64,000 nt of DNA, from positions 32,001-96,000 of the forward strand of contig CAWJBB010000046.1 of NCBI GenBank assembly GCA_963840855.1, written 5' to 3'. Origin of the DNA: an uncultured delta proteobacterium. Its GTDB lineage: Bacteria; Desulfobacterota; Binatia; UBA9968. A program made the position numbers and the translations under genes. Within the stretch, counting starts at the first letter, position 1. Every line of letters starts with the position of its first letter. Positions 1 through 9,864 of this stretch are shown piece by piece. Below the pieces are notes generated by a model that did not search any database, had not been told where the DNA came from, and was given only the letters and a program-made list of their open reading frames with translations.

Positions 1-2071
1 CGCGAACATCTCGATGGCATAAATCCGCGGCTCAAACTCGCGCCCCATGAGCATCTGAAAACCATCGACGATCAGGACTTTGTCGCCATGGAGAAAGTGC
101 GATTCGATGGCGATCTGGTGGCGGTCGTGGCGGCTGAGGACCTGCGCACGGCCGAGCGCGCGCTCGAGAAGATTCACGTCGAGTACGAGCCTCTCACGCC
201 GGTCTTTGATGCCAGCGAGGCCGCTGGCCGACGGCGCGCCGGTCTTGCACGAGGAGCGCGGCACGAACCTGTTGGCCGAAGATAGTCTGGCCTGGGGCGA
301 CATCGACGAAGGCTTTCGTCACGCCGACCATGTCTTTGAAGAAAACTACGCCTCGCCGTCGATGTTTCACCATCCGATGGAGCCCGTCGGTGGCTGCCTG
401 GCTCAGTACGTCAACGGCGAAGTCAATATCTGGTTGCCAACCAGTTCGCCCATGCGCGATGCCGCCGAGTTCGCGCATTTCATCGGCATCGAACCGGACA
501 AAGTGCGCGTGCGCGTGCCTTTTGTCGGTGGCGGTTTCGGCTCCAAGATTCCCACACCGTCGATCTTCGCGGCGCTTTTTCTCGCGCGCAAAATCGGCCG
601 GCCGGTCCGGCTTGTCCCCTCGGCGGAACATAGCTTCCGGCAAAACTCGCGTCATGCCGAGGTGTTCAAAGCCAAGGTCGGCGTGAAAGCAGACGGAACG
701 TTGACCGCACTGGATGTCGATCTCGTCGTCGACACCGGCGCCTATACCACCGGCGGCGCCACCGCCGTGCATAACTCGGTGATTTCGGCGTGGGGTTGTT
801 ACCGCATTCCGCATCTGCGTATCAAAGGCCGCTGTGTTTACACCAATAAAGTTCCCGCCGGCCACACCCGGGCGACGGGCAAGATTCAAACCACCTGGGG
901 TATCGAATGCACCATTGACAGCGTGGCGCGCCAGATGGGCATCGACCCCTATGAGTTTCGCAAGAAAAATGTCCTGCTGCGCGGCGATTTTGTCTGCAAG
1001 GGCACGCCGCGCATGGACACCGATTACCTCGATCTGATGGCGGAGGCCATCGAGGCTGTCGGTTGGGACGGCCGGTCGAATCTCACGCCCTCCGCGACTG
1101 CCGCGAGCGGGTCGACCTGGGTACGCGGACACGGCATGGCGCTGAGCCTGCGTCATGGTTCTCAAGGCGGCGGCCGAGCCTACGCGCTGGTGACGATGGA
1201 TGTCCGGGGCCGGCTAACGATCCAACATAATGCGCCTGAGATCGGCCAGGGAACACATAACTTGTTCAGCGTAGTGGCATCGCGAACTCTCAGTATCCCG
1301 CAAGACCAGATTAGCGTCGGCGCGCCGGATACCGCGGTGCAGTTGCCCTTCGCCGGCGTCAGCGCGCAACGCACCACTATGCAAATGGGCAATGCCGTGC
1401 ACAACGCCTGCAACAAGCTGAAGCAAGAACTGTTCACCCTGGCGGCAGAGGTGAAAGGTGGCAAGCCCGAAGAATGGCAAATCATCGAGGGACGGCTGTG
1501 TTGGGGTGAAACAAGTTTTTCTATCAGCGAGATCATTAGAGCCCTCGGTGGCAACGTCGTGCTCAAGTGCGTCGGCTATCACAGCGTGCCGCCGATGGTA
1601 AAAGAATCGGCGTTTAGCGGCATGGACCACTGGGCGCCCAGTGGTGCGGCCATTGACCTGGAGGTCAATCGCGATACCGGCGAGTTGCGCATTCTGCGCT
1701 ATGCCGTGATCGCCGATGCTGGCAGGGCCATCCATTATCCCTCCGCCAAAGCACAGGCCGACGGCGGCGCCGTTATGGGATTTGGCCACGCCCTATTTGA
1801 AGAGACGATTTACCAGGATGGGCAGTTCCAAAACGGCGACCCGTTTCAATATCGCTTGCCGCTCATGAAGGACATCCCGGAAGAATTCCATTCCTCGATG
1901 CTGGAAAAAGGCGACGGGCCCGGACCCTTCGGTTCGAAAGGCATGGCCCAAACTTCGATAGTGACGGTCGGGCCGGCCATCGGCAATGCGATCTACGACG
2001 CGTTGGGAGTGCGGGTTCGCTCGCTACCGATTACGCCGGAGAAGGTGCTGCGGGCGTTGGGTAAGATATAG
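1..2071 (+). CDS. Xanthine dehydrogenase/CoxL-family molybdopterin-binding subunit, 5'-partial, with an apparent +1 frameshift near 221
   Basis: Frame from base 1 reads ...EKVRFDGDLVAVVAAED...VEYEPL..VFDASEA, then continues in the 80..2071 frame (LADGAPVLHE...GGGFGSK...EIGQG...LPITPEKVL); family motifs are clear. Confidence 0.9.
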
Positions 2072-2088
2072 CAGTGGATTAAATCCAT

Positions 2089-2118
2089 CGTAGGGGCCGG
2101 TCGCGACCGGCCCCTACG
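2089..2118. repeat. GTAG-type REP-like perfect 30-bp palindrome
   Basis: CGTAGGGGCCGGTCG/CGACCGGCCCCTACG, intergenic. Confidence 0.8.
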
Positions 2119-2131
2119 TGAGCCGGCATTT

Positions 2132-3001
2132 ATGTTGCCATCATTACAATTGCTACAACCCACAACGGTTGCCGAGGCATCTCAAGCGCTTGGTGAATTT
2201 GGCGAGCGGGCAAAAGTCTATGCCGGCGGCGCGGAGCTGCTGCTCCTGCTGCGCCAAAAACTTCTTCAAGTAGAAGTCTTGATCGACATCAAGAAGATTG
2301 GCGAGCTGCATCGACTTGGCGCCGACGAAAAGATCATGCGCGTCGGCGCCTGCGTGACCCACCAGGCGCTGGCCAACGATCCCGCCGTCCGCCGCCACGC
2401 GCCGTCATTGGCCGATGCCGAATCGCAAGTGGCGAACGCCCGCGTGCGCAACCAGGGCACTCTGGGCGGCAATCTTTGTTTCAGCGATCCCCACTCCGAC
2501 CCAGGCACGGTTCTGCTCCTGCACAACGCGTCGGTAAAGGTCGCCAACTATAAAGGCGAGCGACAGCTTCCGTTGGATCAGTTTTTCGAGGACATGTACG
2601 CGACGGCATTGAGGCCCAATGAAATATTGTCAGAGGTGGGAATTCCACCGCTGCCATACGGTATGAAAAGCGTTTATTTGCGTCTGCATCGCTATCAACG
2701 CCCAACGTTGGGAGTCGCTGCCGCCGTAACTATCACTGACGGTTCCATCGCCGAGTGCAGACTGGCCGTCGGCTGTGCGGGGCCAAAGCCGCTCCGGCTA
2801 ACGGAGCTGGAAACGAAAATCAAAGCAACGACCGTAAGCGAAGCGCGAAAACTATTGGCGGAGCAGAAGATTTATCTGCGCGAGTTGTTGAGACCGGTGG
2901 ATGATCTGCTGGGGAGCGCTGAATATAAACTTTATATGACGAGCGTGCTACTCGGTGATGCGCTGGAGCAAGCGGCGCGGGGCAATGGCGCGGGATCTTA
3001 G
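2132..3001 (+). CDS. FAD-binding subunit of Mo-hydroxylase (CoxM-like)
   Basis: YAGGAEL, VRNQGTLGGNLC, GSAEYK motifs; lies between Mo and FeS subunit genes. Confidence 0.9.
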   Translation: MLPSLQLLQPTTVAEASQALGEFGERAKVYAGGAELLLLLRQKLLQVEVLIDIKKIGELHRLGADEKIMRVGACVTHQALANDPAVRRHAPSLADAESQVANARVRNQGTLGGNLCFSDPHSDPGTVLLLHNASVKVANYKGERQLPLDQFFEDMYATALRPNEILSEVGIPPLPYGMKSVYLRLHRYQRPTLGVAAAVTITDGSIAECRLAVGCAGPKPLRLTELETKIKATTVSEARKLLAEQKIYLRELLRPVDDLLGSAEYKLYMTSVLLGDALEQAARGNGAGS

Positions 3002-3046
3002 GAATCGGAATTTCGCTGGTCTCAGCGTTCGATTAAATTCACTATC

Positions 3047-3538
3047 ATGAAAGCGCTGTCATCTTTTCCTGTTTCACTTACCGTCAACGGCAATCCCTGG
3101 TCCGGCGACGTGCCGGTGGAAGAAACGCTGCTGGAATTTCTGCGCCTGCGCCTGCGCCTTACCGGCACCAAGCGCTCTTGCGAATCGGAGGTCTGCGGCG
3201 CCTGCACGGTGTTGGTGGATAATCGTCCGGTGAGCTCGTGCAACTATCTAGTATTTGAAGCGCACGGAAAAGCGCTGCTAACCATCGAAGGCGTGGCGCA
3301 GGGCGACCAGCTTGATCCATTGCAAGAAGCGTTCGTGCGCAACATCGGCGCCCAATGCGGTTACTGTACGCCTGGGCAAATCATGGCGGCCAAGGCGCTC
3401 TTGATGGAGAATCCCGATCCCACCCGCGAGCAGATCGCCGAATGGCTCAGCGGCAACATCTGCCGCTGTGGCGCGTACGGCGCCATTGCGAAATCCATTC
3501 TTGAAGCGGCTGAAGCCTATCGACAACCAAAGGATTGA
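3047..3538 (+). CDS. 2x[2Fe-2S] subunit of Mo-hydroxylase (CoxS-like)
   Basis: GTKRSCESEVCGACTV, QCGYCTPG, GNICRCG motifs. Confidence 0.95.
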   Translation: MKALSSFPVSLTVNGNPWSGDVPVEETLLEFLRLRLRLTGTKRSCESEVCGACTVLVDNRPVSSCNYLVFEAHGKALLTIEGVAQGDQLDPLQEAFVRNIGAQCGYCTPGQIMAAKALLMENPDPTREQIAEWLSGNICRCGAYGAIAKSILEAAEAYRQPKD

Positions 3539-3638
3539 TGCATGACAAGAGCGATTTCACTTTCGTACTGCCATAATTCGAAGTTTTCGCGGCTTGCGCA
3601 AATTTTCCACTGACCTGAACTCGAACACGGGGATTTAC

Positions 3639-3847
3639 TCGCGCTAAGGCGCAAAGTACGCCAAGTTCGGAGGGGAAAGATGAATAGTCTATCAAAAAAG
3701 TTTCACCGTTATCGTTCGACCTTCGCGACCTTGGCGTCTTTGCGCGAGATATTCCGAATTTCGGTTGCGGCCCTGCCGACAGCTCCTGCTCAGGGTGAAC
3801 GGTCAAGGCTCAAGCCGTTTGTGGTGAGGCTCTCGAACCATGAACGG
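3639..3847. repeat. Cluster of intergenic palindromic REP-like elements
   Basis: Imperfect inverted pair 3639-3665 / 3721-3747 (CGCAAAG-type units) and hairpin CCGTTTGTGGT...ACCATGAACGG at 3815-3847. Confidence 0.6.
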
Positions 3848-3945
3848 CAAACGCTATGTAGCTGTTACAGCTCACTAGTAAGAGTAGGCGCTCATTCGAA
3901 AGATTGGAATTCTGCGAACGAGTGGGTGGTTACCTCGATGCGGAG

Positions 3946-5007
3946 TTATTGGCGCGGCGGCAGCGGCTCTCCCGCGGCGAGCGTTTTGAATAGCTCGATG
4001 ATATTGCGATCCCTGGGCACCCCCGCAATCGCGCTCTCCATGGCTTCGGGCGTCAAAGGCGAGGCCTCATCGCCGGTGAGCTTTTTAAACTCTTTGTGAA
4101 ACTCCGCATCCTTGAAAATCTTGCGCATGGCGTCCTGAAGAATCTGCACGCGCTCTTTCGGCGTGCCGGGCGGCAAAATGTAAGGCGATCCAGCGAGTCT
4201 GAATGCCCGGGACATGCCAAGAATTTTCCGGTCGGTTTCTGATTTGGCGAAGCTTTCCAGCTCCGGGAGTTGTTTGAACTGTGGATGCTTTTCGCCTTTG
4301 GGAATCTCGACGATGGCATGAAAGTCGACGCTCTTTTTTTCAATCCATTCGGGCGTGCGCTGAACGACGGTGTCGGCAAGATTCGCCCGCGCGTCGATCT
4401 CGCCACGGACCAGCGCCCCGTCTACTTCCGGTCCGCTATAGCCAGTGACAAAGCGCGGCTCCTTAAGTTCCAGCAGGTACGCAAAAAGGCGCCCGACCAT
4501 GTAGATGTCATGTCCAACGGACTGTGCGCCGACCCGCGCGCCTTTTGCGGATCTGAGCTTCTCCAACGTGTTCCATCCCGCTTCGCTGCGGGTCAAAAAG
4601 ACGTAATGCGTGGCGCTGTTTGGCGATCCCAGGTAGATGAATTTGTCGAGTTCATATTGCACGCCGGTCTCACCCAGAACCGCGTTGGCGACCAGACCGG
4701 CGCCGACGTTGCCGATGGTCAGGCCGTCGGGCTTGGCGGAGCGGAAAATATAATTGGCGGCCTTCCTGCCGCCGCCACCCGGCATATATTCGTTTATGAC
4801 CGTCGGCTCGCCGGGAATGTATTTCCTGAGGAAGTTGATCACCGCCCGAACCCGCATGTCGCCGGTTCCTCCCGGCTCGCGGGCCTGGACAATCGTGATC
4901 GTCTTTCCTTTATAGAACGGCTCCTGCGCGCGCGCGTTTGCCGGCACTAAACAAATCCCGAGCCCCGCGAAAACCAGCATTAAAGAATGAGTGATCATCG
5001 TAGTCAT
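3946..5007 (-). CDS. Tripartite tricarboxylate transporter (TctC/Bug-like) substrate-binding protein
   Basis: Signal peptide, FYKGKTITI, PGGTGD, MPGGGG, PDGLTIG, PPGTPKER motifs. Confidence 0.85.
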   Translation of the reverse strand: MTTMITHSLMLVFAGLGICLVPANARAQEPFYKGKTITIVQAREPGGTGDMRVRAVINFLRKYIPGEPTVINEYMPGGGGRKAANYIFRSAKPDGLTIGNVGAGLVANAVLGETGVQYELDKFIYLGSPNSATHYVFLTRSEAGWNTLEKLRSAKGARVGAQSVGHDIYMVGRLFAYLLELKEPRFVTGYSGPEVDGALVRGEIDARANLADTVVQRTPEWIEKKSVDFHAIVEIPKGEKHPQFKQLPELESFAKSETDRKILGMSRAFRLAGSPYILPPGTPKERVQILQDAMRKIFKDAEFHKEFKKLTGDEASPLTPEAMESAIAGVPRDRNIIELFKTLAAGEPLPPRQ

Positions 5008-5026
5008 TGCTCAACGCACAATCGGT

Positions 5027-5503
5027 TCAGTCGCCGGATGGCGAAAGATCTTGATGCTTGAACGCCTCCGGGATGCGTGCGATGGTTTTTTTCTCTTCCA
5101 CGAGTAGATAAGGCAAACTGATGGAGTCCATGAGCCGAGTCAGGTAAAGGCCGTTCGATATATGGTGGGGCCGCGGATCGCCGAAGACTCCTCTCAGGGT
5201 GGTGAAGATAAACATTGGAATGTGATAGGTATAATTAATTTTAGTGAGCGCGTAGACGCAGGTCATGAGCCCGGAGGCGCCCATCAGAGCCATAGCGGGA
5301 ATTCCGCCGAAGTAAGCGCCGGAACAAAGGCCGATGGCGGACTCCTCGCGGTTGACCGGCACATGCTTAAAACGGTCGTCCTTCTCGACCGTGTGAATGA
5401 GGTCGGCGATCCAATCGTCGGGGAGGCTGGCAACCAACCTGATGCCGCTCCTGGCGAGTTGTTCGACGATGGCCGAGGTGGCTTCTTTTTGTTTCTCGCT
5501 CAC
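5027..5503 (-). CDS. ThDP-dependent decarboxylase alpha subunit (ComD/sulfopyruvate decarboxylase-like), possibly C-terminally truncated
   Basis: SLPDDW, VNREESAIGLCSGAY motifs; GTG at 5503 with GGAGGT RBS; no beta subunit follows. Confidence 0.7.
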   Translation of the reverse strand: MSEKQKEATSAIVEQLARSGIRLVASLPDDWIADLIHTVEKDDRFKHVPVNREESAIGLCSGAYFGGIPAMALMGASGLMTCVYALTKINYTYHIPMFIFTTLRGVFGDPRPHHISNGLYLTRLMDSISLPYLLVEEKKTIARIPEAFKHQDLSPSGD

Positions 5504-5724
5504 GTCTGGGACCTCCTGCGGAAGGCAATAGCGCGGCGTGACAAAACCTGATAGCGACCCAAAACAATTTTGCCATAACACTGCGTCAGCCGGGATGTCA
5601 AGAAATCCATCGCCGAGACGCGCATCGCTCACTGCCGGTGCGTGTGCGAAAAGTGACGGCTTGAAGATTTTGAATCATTTGAACGAACCGATGAGCGAAG
5701 CAAAATCTTTCGGGGAGTCGTGAA

Positions 5725-7191
5725 ATGGAGCAAGACGGTCTCAGAAGTTGGCTGAAACAAGCAGACGAATTAGGCGAGCTCAGAACCATTGAGGGAGCCG
5801 ATTGGGATTTAGAGATTGGCGGCGTGACGGATATCCTGACCGAGCGCGGCAAGTCGCCGGCGGTGCTGTTCGATTCGATCAAGGGATTTCCGCGGGGGCA
5901 TCGCGTTCTGGTTAATTCCCTCGGCTCAACCAAGCGGCTCGGGCTTTGTCTCGGCATGCCGCAAAACCTGACTTCGATGGAGTTCGTCGCCGAGTGGCGG
6001 CGCCGGTCGAAGACTTTGAAGCAGACTCCGCCGACCTATGTGAAGGACGGGCCGGTGTTGGAAAATATTCAACGCGCTGAAAATGTAAACCTGTTAGCGT
6101 TCCCGACGCCGCGCTGGTTCGAGTTGGACGGCGGCAGATACATCGGCACCGGCAGCGTGAATATAACTCACGATCCCGAGGAAGGCTGGACCAATCTGGG
6201 CACCGCGCGGGTGATGATTCACGACGAGAACTCGGTTGGTTTTTATATCGCCCCCGGACGGCATGGCCGCATTCATCGCGACAAGGCATTCGCCCGCGGC
6301 GAACCGTTCAAAGTCGCCATTTCCTGCGGTCACGATCCTTTGATTTTTCTCGCCGGCGCCCTCGAAGTGCCCTATGGCGTCTGCGAGTATGATTTTATCG
6401 GCGGCATTCGGGATCAGCCGGTGGAGGTGCTCAAAGGAGAATTTACCGGACTGCCGATTCCTGCCACCGCGGAGCTCGTGCTCGAAGGCGAGTGCGTGCC
6501 GGGAATCGAGAAAATCGAGGGGCCCTTCGGCGAATGGACGGGATATTACGGCAGTTCGGCAAGGCCCGAGCCCATCGTAAAGATTCACAACGTCATGTAC
6601 CGCAACAATCCGATCATTCTCGGCTACACCCGCAAGTGGCGCGCGCCGCTCAAAGCCGCGCTGGTGTGGGATGACCTGGAAGCGGCCGGTGTCCCGGACG
6701 TGCGCGGCGTCTGGTATCACGAGGCGGCCGGCGCGGCGTATCTGTTTCTGGTGGTTTCCATCAAGCAGCGCTATCCGGGCCACGCCCGCCAAGCAGGGTT
6801 GATCGCCACGGAGTGCCACGCCGCGGCTTACTTGGGACGTTATACCGTGGTGGTTGACGACGATATCGACCCGACTAATCTGGACGAAGTTATGTGGGCG
6901 CTCTGTACTCGTTCGGATCCGGTCAAAGACATCGAGATTCTACGGCGCTGTTGGAGCGGCCCGCTCGATCCGATCATTCCCAAAGACGACAAAGGCTTTA
7001 ACTCCCGCGCGGTCATTGACGCCACGCGGCCCTATGAGTGGAAGGATACCTTTCCGCCGGTGTCGCGCTCCAGCCGGGAATTACGCGAACGGGTGTTGGG
7101 CAAGTGGGGCGACAAACTCTCTAGCGTGTTTTTTCTCTTCTCGAAGAAATTCGCATGGAGAAAGAAGGAGTCGACATGTCACTTCAGTTAA
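5725..7191 (+). CDS. UbiD-family (prFMN-dependent) decarboxylase
   Basis: PAVLFDSIKG, DGGRYIGT, EGPFGEWTGYY, VVVDDDIDP motifs. Confidence 0.92.
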   Translation: MEQDGLRSWLKQADELGELRTIEGADWDLEIGGVTDILTERGKSPAVLFDSIKGFPRGHRVLVNSLGSTKRLGLCLGMPQNLTSMEFVAEWRRRSKTLKQTPPTYVKDGPVLENIQRAENVNLLAFPTPRWFELDGGRYIGTGSVNITHDPEEGWTNLGTARVMIHDENSVGFYIAPGRHGRIHRDKAFARGEPFKVAISCGHDPLIFLAGALEVPYGVCEYDFIGGIRDQPVEVLKGEFTGLPIPATAELVLEGECVPGIEKIEGPFGEWTGYYGSSARPEPIVKIHNVMYRNNPIILGYTRKWRAPLKAALVWDDLEAAGVPDVRGVWYHEAAGAAYLFLVVSIKQRYPGHARQAGLIATECHAAAYLGRYTVVVDDDIDPTNLDEVMWALCTRSDPVKDIEILRRCWSGPLDPIIPKDDKGFNSRAVIDATRPYEWKDTFPPVSRSSRELRERVLGKWGDKLSSVFFLFSKKFAWRKKESTCHFS

Positions 7192-8138
7192 CCATCGCCT
7201 GCGGCGACTACGACCGTACCCACCCGTTGATCGACGGCGCGGTCAAGCCGGAAGGGATCGAGCTCAACTGGTTGGTCTTGCCGCATTTTGAAATTTGGAC
7301 GCGCATGCTGAATTACTACGACTTCGACCTATCCGAAATATCGCTTTCCTCTTACATCATCTCCCGAACCATTGGAAAGCCGCTGACGGCGATCCCGGTC
7401 TTTCCGGCGCGGGCATTTCGCCATTCTTATATTTTTATCAATACCAAGAGCGGCATCCGCGAGCCGAAGGATCTCATGGGCAAACGCGTCGGCCTGGCTG
7501 AGTTTCAGCAAACAGCCACCGTCTGGCTTCGCGGGACCCTGCAACATGAGTACGGCGTCAATCTCGACGATATCGAATGGTTCACCTGGGTGCCCAGGCA
7601 GCGCATGGAGATCGAACTGCCGAAACGCTACAAAGTCACGCACCTTGCGCCGGACCGAAAACCGGATCAGCTGCTTTTTGACGGCGAACTCGACGCGATC
7701 ATGATCCCCAGTCTCTTCCCGTCCCTGTTTAATCCGCCGCCGCATATCCGCCGGCTATTCGAAGACTCAGAAAAAGTTGAAGCCGCGTATTTCAAGAAGA
7801 CCGGAATATTTCCGATCATGCATTCCGTCGCGCTGCGCCAAGATGTTTGGGAAAAGCACCCGTGGATCGCGAGAAGCTTGTTCAAAGCATTCCAGCGCGC
7901 CAAGGAAGACGCCTACCTAAGATTACATGACTTGTCGCCCTATAAGCTCAGCCTGGCCTGGTTTCGCGGACCGGTCGAAGAGCAGGAGCGAATTCTTGGC
8001 GACGATCCATGGCCCTATGGTCTTGAAAATAACCGCCATGTCGTCGAAACGCTGATGACATATCTTTACGAGCAAGGGTTGGCGCAAAAGAAACTCACGA
8101 TGGAACAGCTTTTCGCGCCGAATACGTTCGATCTCTAA
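7176..8138 (+). CDS. 4,5-dihydroxyphthalate decarboxylase-like protein (SBP fold)
   Basis: LTIACGDYDRT, AIPVFPARAFRHS, TGIFPIMH, DPWPYGLENNR motifs; ATG 7176 with AAGGAG RBS. Confidence 0.8.
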   Translation: MSLQLTIACGDYDRTHPLIDGAVKPEGIELNWLVLPHFEIWTRMLNYYDFDLSEISLSSYIISRTIGKPLTAIPVFPARAFRHSYIFINTKSGIREPKDLMGKRVGLAEFQQTATVWLRGTLQHEYGVNLDDIEWFTWVPRQRMEIELPKRYKVTHLAPDRKPDQLLFDGELDAIMIPSLFPSLFNPPPHIRRLFEDSEKVEAAYFKKTGIFPIMHSVALRQDVWEKHPWIARSLFKAFQRAKEDAYLRLHDLSPYKLSLAWFRGPVEEQERILGDDPWPYGLENNRHVVETLMTYLYEQGLAQKKLTMEQLFAPNTFDL

Positions 8139-8191
8139 GCCGTTAAAATCTTTCAAGCCGTTCAAAAACGCCAAAAGAGGAGGGTAGTTCG

Positions 8192-8584
8192 ATGGCAAAA
8201 ACAACGCTCAATCCAGAGGGACTCCCGGTGCCTCGTGGGAGTTATTCGCTGGTCAATATTGCCCAACCGGGCCGGATGGTATTTATCGCCGGCCAGACCG
8301 CTTCAGATACCGCGGGTAATGTGGTCGGTGTCGGCGATGCCCGGGCGCAGACGCGCTTTGTGCTCGGCAAGATCCAACGGGCCGTCGAAGCGGCCGGCGG
8401 GACGATGAACGACGTTGTCGCGATGAGTGTGTTCACGACCGACGTTCGCTATCATCGGGACATCAACGAAACGCGGCGCGAAGTTTTGGCGGGGAATTTT
8501 CCAACCAGCACAATGGTTCAAGTCGTCGCTTTGGCGCGGCCGGAATTGCTGCTGGAAATCAACGCAATTGCCGTTATAGCCTGA
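8192..8584 (+). CDS. RidA/YjgF family protein
   Basis: VFIAGQ, PTSTMVQVVALARPELLLEINAIA. Confidence 0.9.
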   Translation: MAKTTLNPEGLPVPRGSYSLVNIAQPGRMVFIAGQTASDTAGNVVGVGDARAQTRFVLGKIQRAVEAAGGTMNDVVAMSVFTTDVRYHRDINETRREVLAGNFPTSTMVQVVALARPELLLEINAIAVIA

Positions 8585-8624
8585 CGGCTGCTGAGACGCC
8601 CGAGCGAGTCTAGCAGGCTGCGAC

Positions 8625-8679
8625 TGGAGTGGTGGAGTGATGGGTTCGAGAACCAATACTCCGTTACTCCAACACTCCA
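8625..8679. repeat. 8-bp-period TGGAGT repeat forming an imperfect inverted repeat
   Basis: TGGAGTGG TGGAGTGA TGGG ... CCAATACTCCGTTACTCCAACACTCCA; a related half copy lies at about 17354-17372. Confidence 0.6.
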
Positions 8680-8825
8680 TGTCGTTCACGCACATCCGAG
8701 ATCGTTTCGAGCGGTCTGCACACAGCGTTTTCACCTTCCTGTTGGTAATCGCAAACCGGCTGCTTGACAGGGAAAAAACTTGAGTGATAACGCTATAATA
8801 TTTGCAGCAAGTGTAGGAGGGAAGC

Positions 8826-9734
8826 ATGCTGGACAAAGTTGATCCTTTGAAAGGTCCGATCACCCGGCCGGTAGTTGTACGGCAAGAAGAAGGTGATGAG
8901 CAAGGCGCGACGCACCGAGGCGGCGGCAGGAGAAGCGAGATCTACGGCTTCTTTGACCCCGAGCACGGGATAAGAATGAGGGCGGGAATCACCACTTATA
9001 CGCCGGAGCGTTACAATCCGCGGCACCGCCACAGCGACGAGGCGGTGCGTTATTACTACCGCGGCGCCGAATGTTACGGCAGAGATGTCTTGGAGGAAGG
9101 CGACTGCGTGTACGTGCCGGAAGGCGTTTACTACGGCCCAACGCGCACCGCCGAGAAATGTGCGCAAAACGTGCGCATCTCGCTCCATTTCCCCGGTCCG
9201 TCGGGATTTCCAACGCCGGTGTGGTCGGAGGTCATGCAAGCGCAAAAAGAAATGCGCGAAAAGAAGGTAGGGCAGTTCGAGAAAGGGCTGTTCATTTGGC
9301 CGGATGGTAAAAAACAAGACGGATTCGAAGCGGTCCAGGAATACCTCGTCGGCCACAAGCTCAAGTATCCACAGCCGCGCTATCAAAATTACGTCATCAT
9401 GCGTCACGCCAACTATGCATGGGTGCCGTTGGAGGGAACGGCTGGCGTTTCCGTGAAGCATCTCGGCTATTTCAATGAAAGCGGCCCGAACATTAAACTG
9501 GTGCGCATGGAGCGCGGCGCCGAAACGCCCGGAGGCCAGGTTGGTTTTCAGCAGGTGCGTCTGGTTCTGGAAGGCGAAGTAAAGTACGACGGCGAAAATT
9601 ATCGACCGGTGTCCTGCATGTTCTTTCCTGCAGGCGCGCCATACTCGCCGGTTACCGCGGTCACCGAGACCACTCTGTTGGTCACTCAGCTTGGGATGCC
9701 GGGAAATTCTCCTCTGCCATTTTGCGTGCTGTGA
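8826..9734 (+). CDS. Cupin-fold (probably bicupin) hypothetical protein
   Basis: PRHRHSDE and GDCVYVPEGVYYGP cupin-like motifs; strong RBS. Confidence 0.6.
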   Translation: MLDKVDPLKGPITRPVVVRQEEGDEQGATHRGGGRRSEIYGFFDPEHGIRMRAGITTYTPERYNPRHRHSDEAVRYYYRGAECYGRDVLEEGDCVYVPEGVYYGPTRTAEKCAQNVRISLHFPGPSGFPTPVWSEVMQAQKEMREKKVGQFEKGLFIWPDGKKQDGFEAVQEYLVGHKLKYPQPRYQNYVIMRHANYAWVPLEGTAGVSVKHLGYFNESGPNIKLVRMERGAETPGGQVGFQQVRLVLEGEVKYDGENYRPVSCMFFPAGAPYSPVTAVTETTLLVTQLGMPGNSPLPFCVL

Positions 9735-9864
9735 AGGATTGGAGGGAGTACCAAATCTCAAACGCCGAGGCATTGACTTAGAACGGCCAATAGCGACCAT
9801 GATGTTTCGACCAAGAGAGTTCCGGATGTCGTATCAACGGCCCATAGGCCAAGAGGAGGGTGCA

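Noticed and set aside
194-1789. Long antisense ORFs here and opposite most other genes
   Set aside because: Typical shadow ORFs of GC-rich coding sequence with no family motifs.
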